A stretch of 63,751 nucleotides of DNA, filler included, from Octopus bimaculoides (GCF_001194135.2; 6 parts of 6 records of this genome joined end to end with filler, not necessarily neighbours in it); one strand, 5' to 3'; shown: positions 39,524 to 53,092, counted from the whole stretch's first letter. Numbers and translations: made by a program. The notes: a model not told the origin generated them from the sequence alone.

Positions 39524-41212
39524 ATTATGGGCAAGCAACAAATGAAGAAATTCGTGATATTTAACTTGAAACTATTCGGTTATTATTCTACCATAAATGC
39601 TCAAGGACATTATTTGTTCATACGAGGCTTCTATTCTTGTTTTCAACAGTTTACTTTTCAATATTTCCTAATAGAACCATTGTTAACTTCAGAATATTTT
39701 TTAATATGCTACTTCGTTTAAGGCTGTTTCAGTTTCTTTATGTCTATATATCTGATGACTGAAACGATAGAGGTTCAATGGAATTGTATAAAATAAATAC
39801 GGTTTTAGAGATTATCTTTATTTTTCGTAGGTGAAATATTTTACTTCCATATTACCGCTTATGAGTGCTTATTATAGTTGGGCGGTTATTTAAGCCGAAA
39901 AATAGTTTTATAAAATAGAAATTTCCGTTTAACAGCCCTGGGCGGTCTTTCGGAAAGCCTCTGTATATGCAAAAGTTGAAAAGTAGAAGAAATTGGAGAC
40001 GGATATATCAAATACGCATTTCCACCTTCTATTTTGTCGTTTCAAAAATTCATTCAGAATATCTTGCCTCCAACAACGGTTTCTACAAATTTGTTCCCAA
40101 TACAGCTTTTTAAAATTCTAAGTAACCCTACTGCCGTTATTCCAGTTTTCTGTTTCACTTTTTGAAAATATTTTTGGGGAAATTTCACTCGGAACTGATA
40201 CTTAGCGTTTGAATTGTTTCTTAGTCTTCAATTATAATTCCATTCACATCCAACATACAATATACTAGTAATTTCAATAAGAACAAACGGGACCCCACTC
40301 GGTATTGTGTGGATTGAAAAAGGTAGTGGTAGTGGTGGTGAGGGCTGTAAATCGTCATGTTTATTAAAACAATTTAAGACCATTTGAAATATTTAAAATT
40401 AACTTATCCAACACCATAGCAACTTGCTTTTCCTCAAAGTGTTTTTCGAGAATGTGCACGTGATCAGGCCCATTTTGCCCCAAACTGGTAGACTAATTTT
40501 TGTGGCACTGCTTTCTGACTGGCATCATTGCTGCTTTATTAGTATTTCCTCTTTCGTCTCGAGTTCCTCACTGACATTTTTACATAATTTTCCCTTTTCG
40601 CCAATTTACAGATTTTACTTCAAACTTTTTGAAAATAATTCAATTTTCTTTTATCTTTTATACATTTAGAGCGTTGTGTCAATAGGAATTAAGTTTTAGT
40701 TATAAAAATCGCTGCCTGTAAAAAGAGTGGTCCAGTAGGAAAAATGCAAGCGCAGGATTAATGATATTCTTAATGAGTTGAACCTGAAAAAGTACTGGAC
40801 TAGAAGAAACAGACGCTTTAAAATGTTGTTGTTAAGGATGAAACTGAAATAAAAAGCAATATACTNNNNNNNNNNNNNNNNNNNNNNNNNNNNNNNNNNN
40901 NNNNNNNNNNNNNNNNNNNNNNNNNNNNNNNNNNNNNNNNNNNNNNNNNNNNNNNNNNNNNNNNNNNNNNNNNNNNNNNNNNNNNNNNNNNNNNNNNNNN
41001 NNNNNNNNNNNNNNNNNNNNNNNNNNNNNNNNNNNNNNNNNNNNNNNNNNNNNNNNNNNNNNNNNNNNNNNNNNNNNNNNNNNNNNNNNNNNNNNNNNNN
41101 NNNNNNNNNNNNNNNNNNNNNNNNNNNNNNNNNNNNNNNNNNNNNNNNNNNNNNNNNNNNNNNNNNNNNNNNNNNNNNNNNNNNNNNNNNNNNNNNNNNN
41201 NNNNNNNNNNNN

Positions 41213-41482
41213 CGGGCCGGGCTCGGCTGTGTTGTGTTCTTGAGCAAGACACATTATTTCACATTGCTCCAGTTCACTCAACTGTAGAAATGAGTTGCGA
41301 CGGCACTAGTGTCAATCCGTATCGGCCATTGCCTTTCTCTTCAGGCGTGGAGAGAGGGAAGGCTGGTATGCATAGGCGACTGCCGATCTTCCATAAACAA
41401 CCTTGCCCGAACTAGGGCCTTGGAGGGTAACTTTCTAGGTGCAATCCCATGGTCATTCTTGACCGAAGGGGTCTTAACCTTT
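41213..41482 (+). mobile_element. CORE-like SINE body (family D)
   Basis: CTTGAGCAAGACAC..TTGCTCCAGTTCACTCAACTGTAGAAATGAG resembles the CORE domain as I recall it; the head is lost in the gap. Confidence 0.6.
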
Positions 41483-43244
41483 TAACAATCAAGTAGGCAG
41501 CAGTGTCTTGTCAGCTGAAATATAACGAAAAATAAATGGTGTGTAAGTTTCACTAAAAAATGGAAATTTATCCACTCTAATGACAAAGGATTCTGAATCT
41601 TTGCCCTCCAAACTCCGGAGATCAAGCACACCTTGGTTTTTGATATCCAGAAATTGCCACTCTTAATACTGCCATCTGTAAAGCTTGACCAACAGACTTC
41701 CCTCACTCCAAAGTGAACAAACTTTGATTATCTTGCCCAGACTGCCGCGGCACCCAATATGAAAAATATACCAATATCTATCAAGACTCATTACCTGAAA
41801 GCACAACTAGAAAAAAATACCAAATGAAAAAGAAAAAAAAATGTATGTATGTATGTATGTATGTGTGTGTGTGTCTGCCTGTCTGTCTGCGTGTGTTTGT
41901 GTGTGTATGTATGTGCGTGCGTATGTATGTGTGTGTAAATATGTATGTATGTCTCTCGTTCTCTTTTTAATTTTAGAGGAGATTTTGACCGGCCATCTTA
42001 CTTGCTAGTAAGGTTGTGAAGGAAAGAATCTTGTTTTAGCTGTTATCCTTTAAATCTTGAGAAGGTCTTGCAGATTTTATAGTCCCACATATCGCGATGA
42101 ATTGTAGGATATGACTCAAAGATTTATATTCACTCCCTAAGATCCCAAGTTCAGCCATACTTTTATCCATCCATCCATCCATCCATCCATCCATCCATCC
42201 ATCCATCCATCCATCCGTATGCCTGCATATATGTGTGTTGGTGTGTGCGCGTCTGTGTGCTGCGTCAAGCAATATGTTACTATTTATGGCATATAACTAG
42301 TTAGAGTGTTACTGTCGTTTTGGCTCCAAATATTGCCACTAAACAATGTTGAGAACTCTTCAGATATGCTTGTCAGAAGCGCACAGAAGCTGATATATAC
42401 CACAATCAGTATGTATGTATATTACATGACGTTATGCATACATACATACATACATACGTGCATACACGTACATTTATACACTATTTTTTATTAACACTAT
42501 TTATGTTGACCGTGCTTTTTTCCGACTTATGGACAACATATATATACACATACCTACATGCATGCATACATATATACATAAATGCATACATACATAAATA
42601 CATAAATGCATACATACATAAATGCATACATGCATACATACATACATACATACATACATACAAGCATACATACAAGCATACATGAATGCATTCCGTCCAT
42701 CACGCAAATCATAAATATCAATTATATACATTTATAGTAATAATTATTGGGGAACCCAGTTATGTTAGTAAATGTTTTAAGCAACAGCATACATATATAC
42801 GTACATAACTACATGCATAATTACATACGTACATGTATACATACAACTCTTCGCACACATGTAAAATTTCAAGCGGCAGCTGGGCAATAATCATGAAGTT
42901 GTACGTAAACCGATACATTTTAAGATGTAAACAGTTCGGTTTTCTCAGAAAACCTTATTATAAGCATCCTGTTTGGAGCAAAACTTCTGCTTGTTGTCAC
43001 AAAAACAAGCTCTGTCACGAAATCTACTAGAGAATCATCGGGCCTAGTTGATTTAGCGATCATAAACAATGAAGCCGATCCCAACATTTCTAAGTAAAAT
43101 GATTTTCAGAATATACTTTTCCAAGAATCGGTTGCATCGTAGATCTTTTTCCGTTGGCTTGCTTGTCTCCAGCATCCCACTCAAAATTTGAGAAAACAAC
43201 CAACTTTATCATCCGTCACATTATGCCATTATTAAACTACACAC

Positions 43245-43338
43245 GTGGAGGCGCAATGACCCAGTGGTTAGGGCAGCGGACTCGCGGTCATAGGATCGTG
43301 GTTCCGATTACCAGACCGGCTGTTGTGTGTGTTTATTG
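43245..43338 (+). mobile_element. SINE family C tRNA-like head running into a gap
   Basis: Near-identical to 37553-37650. Confidence 0.8.
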
Positions 43339-43773
43339 NNNNNNNNNNNNNNNNNNNNNNNNNNNNNNNNNNNNNNNNNNNNNNNNNNNNNNNNNNNNNN
43401 NNNNNNNNNNNNNNNNNNNNNNNNNNNNNNNNNNNNNNNNNNNNNNNNNNNNNNNNNNNNNNNNNNNNNNNNNNNNNNNNNNNNNNNNNNNNNNNNNNNN
43501 NNNNNNNNNNNNNNNNNNNNNNNNNNNNNNNNNNNNNNNNNNNNNNNNNNNNNNNNNNNNNNNNNNNNNNNNNNNNNNNNNNNNNNNNNNNNNNNNNNNN
43601 NNNNNNNNNNNNNNNNNNNNNNNNNNNNNNNNNNNNNNNNNNNNNNNNNNNNNNNNNNNNNNNNNNNNNNNNNNNNNNNNNNNNNNNNNNNNNNNNNNNN
43701 NNNNNNNNNNNNNNNNNNNNNNNNNNNNNNNNNNNNNNNNNNNNNNNNNNNNNNNNNNNNNNNNNNNNNNNNN

Positions 43774-43817
<44 letters not shown>

Positions 43818-43924
43818 TGGCATTTCATTGACATTTCAACAACATCAACAGGGTATTTTTGCTTGTATGTGTATATTACCAGTAACTGGAGGAAGTGCAT
43901 GTGCAGATTTGTATGTTTTGTTTT

Positions 43925-44262
43925 ATGTCTGTATTCTCATGCGTATAGTTCCATGTCTAGACGTGTACATGCATACTTAAATGATAAACTTCTGGAAAGT
44001 TTTACAGATTTTTACAGTTCCAGTGATAGCTTGGTTCTGTAGTCTTCGAATCAGCTTTCTCCTTTCTGGTTTTGAGAAGCCTAATTTTTCAAGATTGTTA
44101 CTTAGGCAGTGGGTTACATATCCCAGAACCTCAGTAATTACAGTTATAAACCTGAATTTGTAATCTGGATGGAGTAACTGCAGATTTCTCAATAGTTCAG
44201 CGTATTTTAGCTTATCTTTAGTTTCATGTTAACATCCGCTGGGCAGCTGATTTCCACAAATG
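43925..44262 (-). mobile_element. 3' end of a non-LTR retrotransposon with a restriction-like endonuclease (R2/NeSL-type)
   Basis: VEISCPADVNMKLKIS..LRNLQLLHPDYKFRFITVITEVLGYV..AITGTVKICKTF; REL C-terminal pattern. Confidence 0.7.
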
Positions 44263-44492
44263 TACACTTATGTATGTATGTATGTATGTATGTATGTATG
44301 TATGTATGTATGTATGTATGTATGTATGTATGCATGCATGCATGTATGTATGTATGTACGTATGTACACATGTATGTATGCATACATGTATATATACATG
44401 TACGCATGTATGTGTGTATATATGCATGTTTGTATGAATTTGTGTGTTTTCATATATGTATGCATATATGTATACGTGTATGGATATATATC

Positions 44493-44523
<31 letters not shown>

Positions 44524-45477
44524 CCACNNNNNNNNNNNNNNNNNNNNNNNNNNNNNNNNNNNNNNNNNNNNNNNNNNNNNNNNNNNNNNNNNNNNNNNNN
44601 NNNNNNNNNNNNNNNNNNNNNNNNNNNNNNNNNNNNNNNNNNNNNNNNNNNNNNNNNNNNNNNNNNNNNNNNNNNNNNNNNNNNNNNNNNNNNNNNNNNN
44701 NNNNNNNNNNNNNNNNNNNNNNNNNNNNNNNNNNNNNNNNNNNNNNNNNNNNNNNNNNNNNNNNNNNNNNNNNNNNNNNNNNNNNNNNNNNNNNNNNNNN
44801 NNNNNNNNNNNNNNNNNNNNNNNNNNNNNNNNNNNNNNNNNNNNNNNNNNNNNNNNNNNNNNNNNNNNNNNNNNNNNNNNNNNNNNNNNNNNNNNNNNNN
44901 NNNNNNNNNNNNNNNNNNNNNNNNNNNNNNNNNNNNNNNNNNNNNNNNNNNNNNNNNNNNNNNNNNNNNNNNNNNNNNNNNNNNNNNNNNNNNNNNNNNN
45001 NNNNNNNNNNNNNNNNNNNNNNNNNNNNNNNNNNNNNNNNNNNNNNNNNNNNNNNNNNNNNNNNNNNNNNNNNNNNNNNNNNNNNNNNNNNNNNNNNNNN
45101 NNNNNNNNNNNNNNNNNNNNNNNNNNNNNNNNNNNNNNNNNNNNNNNNNNNNNNNNNNNNNNNNNNNNNNNNNNNNNNNNNNNNNNNNNNNNNNNNNNNN
45201 NNNNNNNNNNNNNNNNNNNNNNNNNNNNNNNNNNNNNNNNNNNNNNNNNNNNNNNNNNNNNNNNNNNNNNNNNNNNNNNNNNNNNNNNNNNNNNNNNNNN
45301 NNNNNNNNNNNNNNNNNNNNNNNNNNNNNNNNNNNNNNNNNNNNNNNNNNNNNNNNNNNNNNNNNNNNNNNNNNNNNNNNNNNNNNNNNNNNNNNNNNNN
45401 NNNNNNNNNNNNNNNNNNNNNNNNNNNNNNNNNNNNNNNNNNNNNNNNNNNNNNNNNNNNNNNNNNNNNNNNNNNNN

Positions 45478-45800
45478 TCTCTTGAAGGAAGTCTTGGATC
45501 CCAGGCTAGATGCATACCGCTGTCACTTCTAAGGAATCTCGTATTCATGCATGACAACGCTCCCTCCCACTCTGGTAGGACCACCCAAACATTACTAAGG
45601 TCTTATGGCATACAATGCAAAAGGTTGATGGTGTGGCTGCCAGCATCTCTGGATCTCAACCCTCTAAAAAATATTTATGGGCCACCATCAAAGCTGCAGC
45701 AGAGGCAATCCAGCCTGCTGCTATTAAGAAATTGACAGATTCCATGACTAAAAGGGTACACATGTAGAAAAGGTACACATGTGGCTAAATAATTCATTAT
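45478..45800 (+). mobile_element. Tc1-like transposase C-terminal fragment with D-37-E spacing (TRT-like)
   Basis: FMHDNAPSHS..WLPASLDLNPLKN; 37 residues lie between the D of HDN and the position of the catalytic E (here K, AAA). Confidence 0.75.
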
Positions 45801-46655
45801 GTAAATAAATGTTATATCATTATGGTTTTCTGTTAAGTATATACTTAATGAATGCTTAATACGTATCATCACCCTTCATTTTCCGAAAAACAAAATGTCC
45901 AGATGGGCTATTTTCATTCAAAAGCTATTAGCATGGTTCACCCAAAAACTGAACAATCTGAAATAAAAAAATAAAGGACGTTACACAGAATAATGAAAAC
46001 ATAACAATGGTGTTGCCATAGTGAGCAAACCAGCAAAAGGTTTTTATCAAAATCGATTCATAGAAACCAAGAAATCCTAAATTTCACTCCTAAGCTATTA
46101 GCGTGGTTCTGGGTGTGTATGTATGTACATATATATATATATATATGAAATCAAAATAAGTAAAAGGATGTCAAGTAGTAATGCAGTAAGACCGTTTCAA
46201 GCGGATCCATTTAACAGAACAATGTAATCATTACATCAATTTAAATACAGCGCTATCATAACCAGGTTAGCTGAGAAGGATATATAAACCAACTTAAACA
46301 TTAAAAAGAAGATTACTATTATGTAGAATCAACTTAATACCTCATCTTTATATAATTAATTATAAAGACCACTCAAACCACTATAAAGACCACTCAAAAC
46401 TATAAAGTCCGCTCAAACCACTTACATATGGAATTTATCTGGAAAAATATACAACCCTACCTATTGATTGAAAGTAAAGAATAAGAAGGAGGATTATAAG
46501 ATAAATGATAATAGTATATTGTGTTACGGTCGTACTTCATTACTACTTGACATCCTGTTACTTATTTTGATTTTATTCACCTTACTTCGAGCTGTGCGGA
46601 TAATACCGGACCTACTTGGTGCTTCAACTTAAGTATCTAATTCAACTAAATGTAT

Positions 46656-46691
<36 letters not shown>

Positions 46692-47243
46692 GTCCTTGCC
46701 TTCGAAACGCGGAGTAGATGGAACAGGGACAACTGAAGAAGGGAAATATTCTTTATGTTGCATGTCTCGTGTCTATGATTGTTTTTTTCATTGTTCGAAA
46801 AAAAAGTTCGTTTTCTGTTTTCGTCTTTATGTTTTCGTTTCTCATTGTGTTTAACATTTTTTGTGATGTCCGTACCTATATATGCATGTATGTATACATA
46901 TAGATGTAGGTATGTACATATATGTATGGATATGTGCATATATTTATATATTATTTATGTTATATATATGAATGAGAAAAAAAGAAACTGGGAGAAATTT
47001 ACGTATAGACATCAGTTTATTCAAAGATATTCAAAACAATATATGAAATTCTTAACACTACAGCCTTTTCCATGTCCAGTTAATTCAATTAGAGAAATTA
47101 AATTAAATTAATTTAATTTAAAATTTTCATATTAAAACTGGTTAATTGGGTATTTCATCAGGGGAGAATTTCCAAATAGGAGTTACGTTCCAACGTGTTG
47201 GTCGACACTTGACAGACTCAGATGTGTGCGTTTTGGTAATGTA

Positions 47244-48139
47244 CGAGGTCTGATCAATAAGTATTCGGATTGTTGCCATTGTAACAAAGCTAAAGCATGC
47301 AGGGTAAAGCCGCATGGTACAGATTAACCTTGAACTCTACTGTGCATGTGTACTAAGCTTTAACATTCTAGCTCACTTCCGCTATTTACAGCAGTGCTTG
47401 GAAGGAAGGTGTGTAGCGTGTGATCGTCACATTAACCATGACAGAGAAAGTTGTTATGGCGATACCTGCTCAGAGGCCTACGCAAAGTTGCAGAAAGTGT
47501 ACTGAGAGGATTGTATGAGCCCACAGACTAGTGTACGAGTGGGTCAGACGTTTCCAAGATGGCCGAAAAAATGTCGATATTGATGAACGTTCTGGGAGAT
47601 CTGCAACCAGCAGAACTGAGAACAACATCGCAGATGTGCCTACTTCTGTGAGGGGAAATTGTCGAATCACCATCCGCAAGTTATTAAAGGATGTGCAGAT
47701 TAGTTACGGTTCAGTTCAGTCCATTATCACTGAAGATTTAGGTATGAGACGCTTGTCTGCCAAGTTTGTGCCAAAACTGATTTCAGCTGACCAAAAAGAC
47801 ACCCGGGTTTCAGTTTCTCAAGATCTCCTTGATTGTGTCGAGAACGATGAAAACTTTTTGAAAACTTTGTGTAGTCCTCTGAGTAGGTATCGCCAAGCTT
47901 TTGCCAACATTTGATGTAGATTGTTCGCTCAACTTTCTCTGTTATGGACAATGCGACGATTAAACGCTACACACCTTTCTTCCAAGCACTGCTGTAAGCA
48001 GCAGAAGTGAGCTAGAATGTTAAAACTTTGTGCGCATGCACAACAGAGTTTAAGGTCAATCTGTGCCAAGTGGCTTTACTCTGCATGTTTTAGCTTTGTT
48101 ACTATAGCAACAGTCTGGATACTTATTGATCGTATTACG
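47244..48139 (+). mobile_element. Mariner-derived fold-back element with two inverted 5' ends
   Basis: TA-flanked. 47244-~47480 is the reverse complement of ~47870-48139, including the start of the transposase ORF. The middle encodes YEWVRRFQDGRKNVDIDERSGR..SAKFVPKL. Confidence 0.85.
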
Positions 48140-49099
48140 TATGTATTTACAAAACCGTTATGAGTATAATATATATANNNNNNNNNNNNNNNNNNNNNNN
48201 NNNNNNNNNNNNNNNNNNNNNNNNNNNNNNNNNNNNNNNNNNNNNNNNNNNNNNNNNNNNNNNNNNNNNNNNNNNNNNNNNNNNNNNNNNNNNNNNNNNN
48301 NNNNNNNNNNNNNNNNNNNNNNNNNNNNNNNNNNNNNNNNNNNNNNNNNNNNNNNNNNNNNNNNNNNNNNNNNNNNNNNNNNNNNNNNNNNNNNNNNNNN
48401 NNNNNNNNNNNNNNNNNNNNNNNNNNNNNNNNNNNNNNNNNNNNNTATATATAAAACAAATATGTATGATATAGCTGTGCGCATGCGTTTGTAATACATA
48501 ATATTTGTTATTGGTGGTGGTGGTGTGGTTAGGATGAACTAGTTGTTATAGAGAGAGAAAGAGAGAGATAGGTAGAGAGAGAGAGAGTGAGGGAAAGAGA
48601 GCGGTAACATTCATTATGTAACGGTGCTTGCATTTGTTAAAATATGGAAAAAATGACGTGTCAAAAATTGACAATTATCATATAATAGAATTGCGTCATC
48701 CATATTTGTGTGCAATAGTTATGGTCAATACAACTATGCAAACACAGGAAAACTTAAACGTTATCAAATACAATTGATAAAAATTTTTTATATAAAAACT
48801 GAAAATATTAAATCTACAACTATTATAAAATCAATGCATTTTATCTCTAACTTAGTTTAATAAATTATATTATAAAATATCAACTACATATTCATGAGAA
48901 ACGTACTCAATTGAATTTATAGCAAACAACAATGATATAGTTACGTGTGTAGAAAACTTAATATACATCTTTACTATTTAATTAATATTTTTATATCAAT
49001 GTTATATCTTCTAAACATTCTTTAATGATTATATTTACAGACGTTAGTTTGAATAATAAAACGTGAAGTCTCAACAAATTCAAATTACAAGTAGTTGTA

Positions 49100-50200
49100 A
49101 CATAATTAATTATTTGTAATAACAATATATCCGATGGTAGTTTTTTGAACACCCATAAACATGCGTGAAAACATGAAAAAATACTCACTTTCCTCGTATA
49201 TAAGATGAAGTATCAATATTTTAATATTAATATTTAATATGATATTTAATATTAATATTATATATACTAGGAATTTTTAAATCTTTGTAGTTATAGATGT
49301 ACTAAACATGAAATACTGACCGATTCAAAGTACTAGTAGCTTTAATATATAATTGATTTATTTATTTCGGTTTTGGATTTGGTTTGCAAGATTCTTTTTG
49401 GATTTGGTTTGCAAGATTCTTTTTGGATTTGGTTTGCAAGATTCTTTTTGGATTTAGTTTGCAAGATTCTTTATNNNNNNNNNNTTTTCTAAAATTTTCG
49501 TTGCGTCTTGCAACATTTTCAATAGTCTTGACTCTCATTTATTTATGATAATAATATATCGAATGGTAGTTTTTGAGAGTCCATTTTCATACCTGAACAC
49601 ATGAAAAACCAATTTCAATCCTTGCATTTAAGAGGCACTACATGGAAAATAGAATTTGGTATAATTCTTCAAGACTGAGAAAACAGAAAGAATTTCCTAT
49701 CTTATCAAGCAGTAGCCTTGCTTATAATTTCCCACCCCACAGAAAAATTATTTTCTTGTCTTTCAGGTCCCAAATAAATTTACTGAGGCTGGTGCTCGAA
49801 GATTTGTTCCAATTTCTCAAGGTGTGAATATGACTAGATATGCGTCTCTTGATAAAATTTTGCATTGCCTCCATGTAAAAGAAACTCTTACCTTCAGATT
49901 TCACTTTACATCTGTAAACGACATTTTTTTGGTTACAATTTTCAATATTGGTTATAATAATTTTCGAATAAACATTTACTTTTAACCTTTCAATGACTAA
50001 ATATACTGTCATTTCTACTCGTATTGTTATTCTGTTTTATATCATTACATTCAGCATGATTGCTATTTGCCATATTACCTATATTCAAGAGGTTGAGATG
50101 GGACGTTAAGAGTTTAGCAAGGTCTTTTGAAGCTATTTGAATGTACTTTGGGATCTGTAATCTTGAAATGTTGTAATGTATTTTGATATGATATTTCGGA
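49100..50200 (-). mobile_element. Decayed Penelope-like GIY-YIG region with a second diverged copy of the ORF terminus
   Basis: NCNQKNVVYRCKV..FFYMEAMQNFIKRRISSH..STSLSKFIWDLKDK..LLNARIE..; 49121-49205 resembles 49551-49635. Confidence 0.7.
49375..49474. repeat. 25-bp minisatellite x4 (GGATTTGGTTTGCAAGATTCTTTTT)
   Basis: Counted directly; runs into a 10-N gap. Confidence 0.9.
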
Positions 50201-50505
50201 ATATAAAGTAACTTGAGTGTGATATTTTTATAACATACTAGCAGAAATACCCGGCTTTACCCGGGTTAAACAGAATAATGAAATCTAAAAACGCCGTCTA
50301 GACTACGCAACCCTCAACTGTTAGTAGCTACGATACCATATTTCTACATTAATAACTCTCCAATCCATGCCAGCATGGAACATAGACATTAAGTGGAATG
50401 CCAGTCTCTCATCTAGGAGGGCCTTGAAATCAATGTTACCAACTGGGGACTATGTGTGTCGCAGTGATAATAAAAAGACCCAAAGGAGGTCTGCAACGAA
50501 ATAAT

Positions 50506-50605
50506 NNNNNNNNNNNNNNNNNNNNNNNNNNNNNNNNNNNNNNNNNNNNTTAATTAATTAANNNNNNNNNNNNNNNNNNNNNNNNNNNNNNNNNNNNNNN
50601 NNNNN
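50506..50605. other. Artificial scaffold spacer
   Basis: 44N-TTAATTAATTAA-44N. Confidence 0.95.
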
Positions 50606-50634
50606 GTGTGTGTGAGTGTGTGTGTGTGTGTGTG

Positions 50635-50665
<31 letters not shown>

Positions 50666-51755
50666 CGGAAAGAGAGAGAGACATAATTTATTAACTGAAC
50701 ACGATTAACATAAACACCTTCCTCCCTTCATACATAAAGAAAGAAATATGTACACACATATAAACAGAGAGAGGGCGAATGGGGGAGGAAAACAGAGAGA
50801 CGAAAAAATAGAGAGGGAGAGAATAGAGTGGGAGAAAAACAGAGAGAGAAAGGTGAAAAGAGAACGAGAGAAACATTAAAACGTCTAATGTCAAATAAGC
50901 CAGCGTCGACGCAACGGCAAATATTTGACGTCCAAAGAGCTATGCAAGAACGTTTCAAACCGTTAGCGGGTCAGGTTCGGCCAGAGAAATGTGTTGGCCT
51001 TAGCCTAGTAATTTAATTTGGATAGATGGAAACCGCTTGGAAGTCTAGTCGGAAGGATTTTTGCTTATTTTAAAAGTACACTCTTGTTAATTAATGTGTC
51101 ATATTCATTATGGTAAGGGTACATGCATTCGTGGAATGTACAGGCACTTGCAAACTAATCTATTAAGCATGTTATACAGTTGATCTAACAAGAAAATACT
51201 CACCGTAGAAACCGACGAAAATCCATTTACTTTACATATTTTGAAAATAATCCCATTTTTCATATACACATGTGTGCGACATGCGTGTGTATGTATGGAG
51301 AGAAAGAACGTTTTCACATAACGCATTTATTAAATCATATTTTGAATATATTTATATGCAACAAATATAGTGATTTCAATACCAGAAGCAGAGAATAAAT
51401 AATTGTTTATAACAAGAAGTTTATTAAAAACGAAACGTGGAGTGATATATATGTATGTATGTAAGTATGTATGTATGTATGTATGATGTAGATAAACGCA
51501 CGCGTGTATGTATGAATCTATATACGTACTTAGAGGCACACACAGACAGACATAATATATCAAGCTTAGCTAATTTAGTTTATTTTATTTTACTTCATTC
51601 TACTTTATTTAATTTTGATTCGTATAATTTCGTTTTATTCTATTTTATTCCATTGACTATTTCTGAGGTCTTTTATTTATTTACTGATGGTTCTTACGCT
51701 GTCTACTACACGGTTTCCTATCTGTTTACCAATTTATTATACGCACATACATACA

Positions 51756-51875
<120 letters not shown>

Positions 51876-52561
51876 NNNNNNNNNNNNNNNNNNNNNNNNN
51901 NNNNNNNNNNNNNNNNNNNNNNNNNNNNNNNNNNNNNNNNNNNNNNNNNNNNNNNNNNNNNNNNNNNNNNNNNNNNNNNNNNNNNNNNNNNNNNNNNNNN
52001 NNNNNNNNNNNNNNNNNNNNNNNNNNNNNNNNNNNNNNNNNNNNNNNNNNNNNNNNNNNNNNNNNNNNNNNNNNNNNNNNNNNNNNNNNNNNNNNNNNNN
52101 NNNNNNNNNNNNNNNNNNNNNNNNNNNNNNNNNNNNNNNNNNNNNNNNNNNNNNNNNNNNNNNNNNNNNNNNNNNNNNNNNNNNNNNNNNNNNNNNNNNN
52201 NNNNNNNNNNNNNNNNNNNNNNNNNNNNNNNNNNNNNNNNNNNNNNNNNNNNNNNNNNNNNNNNNNNNNNNNNNNNNNNNNNNNNNNNNNNNNNNNNNNN
52301 NNNNNNNNNNNNNNNNNNNNNNNNNNNNNNNNNNNNNNNNNNNNNNNNNNNNNNNNNNNNNNNNNNNNNNNNNNNNNNNNNNNNNNNNNNNNNNNNNNNN
52401 NNNNNNNNNNNNNNNNNNNNNNNNNNNNNNNNNNNNNNNNNNNNNNNNNNNNNNNNNNNNNNNNNNNNNNNNNNNNNNNNNNNNNNNNNNNNNNNNNNNN
52501 NNNNNNNNNNNNNNNNNNNNNNNNNNNNNNNNNNNNNNNNNATATATATATATATATTTGA

Positions 52562-52745
52562 TTAATAAATTCGAAAAAGATAAAAATCTTTTACAAGAAT
52601 TTTATCAGGAAGCCAGTGTGTAAAAAAAAAAAAAATCATAAAGGAAATTTCTATTCCCAAGAATATAATTATAATTATAACTATAATTATTCGTTTATAT
52701 TTATATAAAGGCATTACTACAGAATAATGCCACACACTGCCATAC
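52562..52745 (-). repeat. Diverged, truncated copy of the hammerhead-associated repeat at 13141-13380
   Basis: Shared blocks listed above; the copy ends before the ribozyme. Confidence 0.55.
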
Positions 52746-53046
52746 TAGCTTGACGATAAGTATTAATATATATATATATATATATATATTAATACTTATC
52801 GTCAAGCTAGCATGGCAGTCCAGGAAAATAGGACGAATGCTGCCATTGATTAGCTCCAAGAGGCCATCGCCTCTAGCTAGCTATGTTACACACAAATCTG
52901 TATCCATTACAACCTTCGAACAGGGGAGGTCAGCAGCGTCCCCTCGCTGGCTCAACATCTATATGTAAATAAACCTTCCAACAGACAGTCAGCAACGACG
53001 CCTGCTGGGTTCAGCTACTCTGTATACACACAAACACACACACACA

Positions 53047-53092
<46 letters not shown>

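Noticed and set aside
39745-39775. Hammerhead at CTGATGA-CT-GAAAC
   Set aside because: No stem II between the two core boxes and no valid NUH or stem I pairing.
46690-46880. Permuted hammerhead (GAAAC...CTGAAGAAGGG); related repeat at 62790-62990 (CGAAAT...CTGATGAAGGG)
   Set aside because: The two loci look like one repeat family, but I could not build stem I or a valid cleavage triplet in either copy. Worth rechecking only on a family consensus.
47120-47175. Minus-strand CTGATGA...GAAA as a hammerhead
   Set aside because: No complementary stem I partner for CTCCC and no convincing stem II.
50235-50290. Helitron/Lep1-like head (TACTAGCAGAAATACCCGGC..CCCGGG)
   Set aside because: Only a short motif recognised from memory, with no matching 3' end downstream; too weak to list as a feature.
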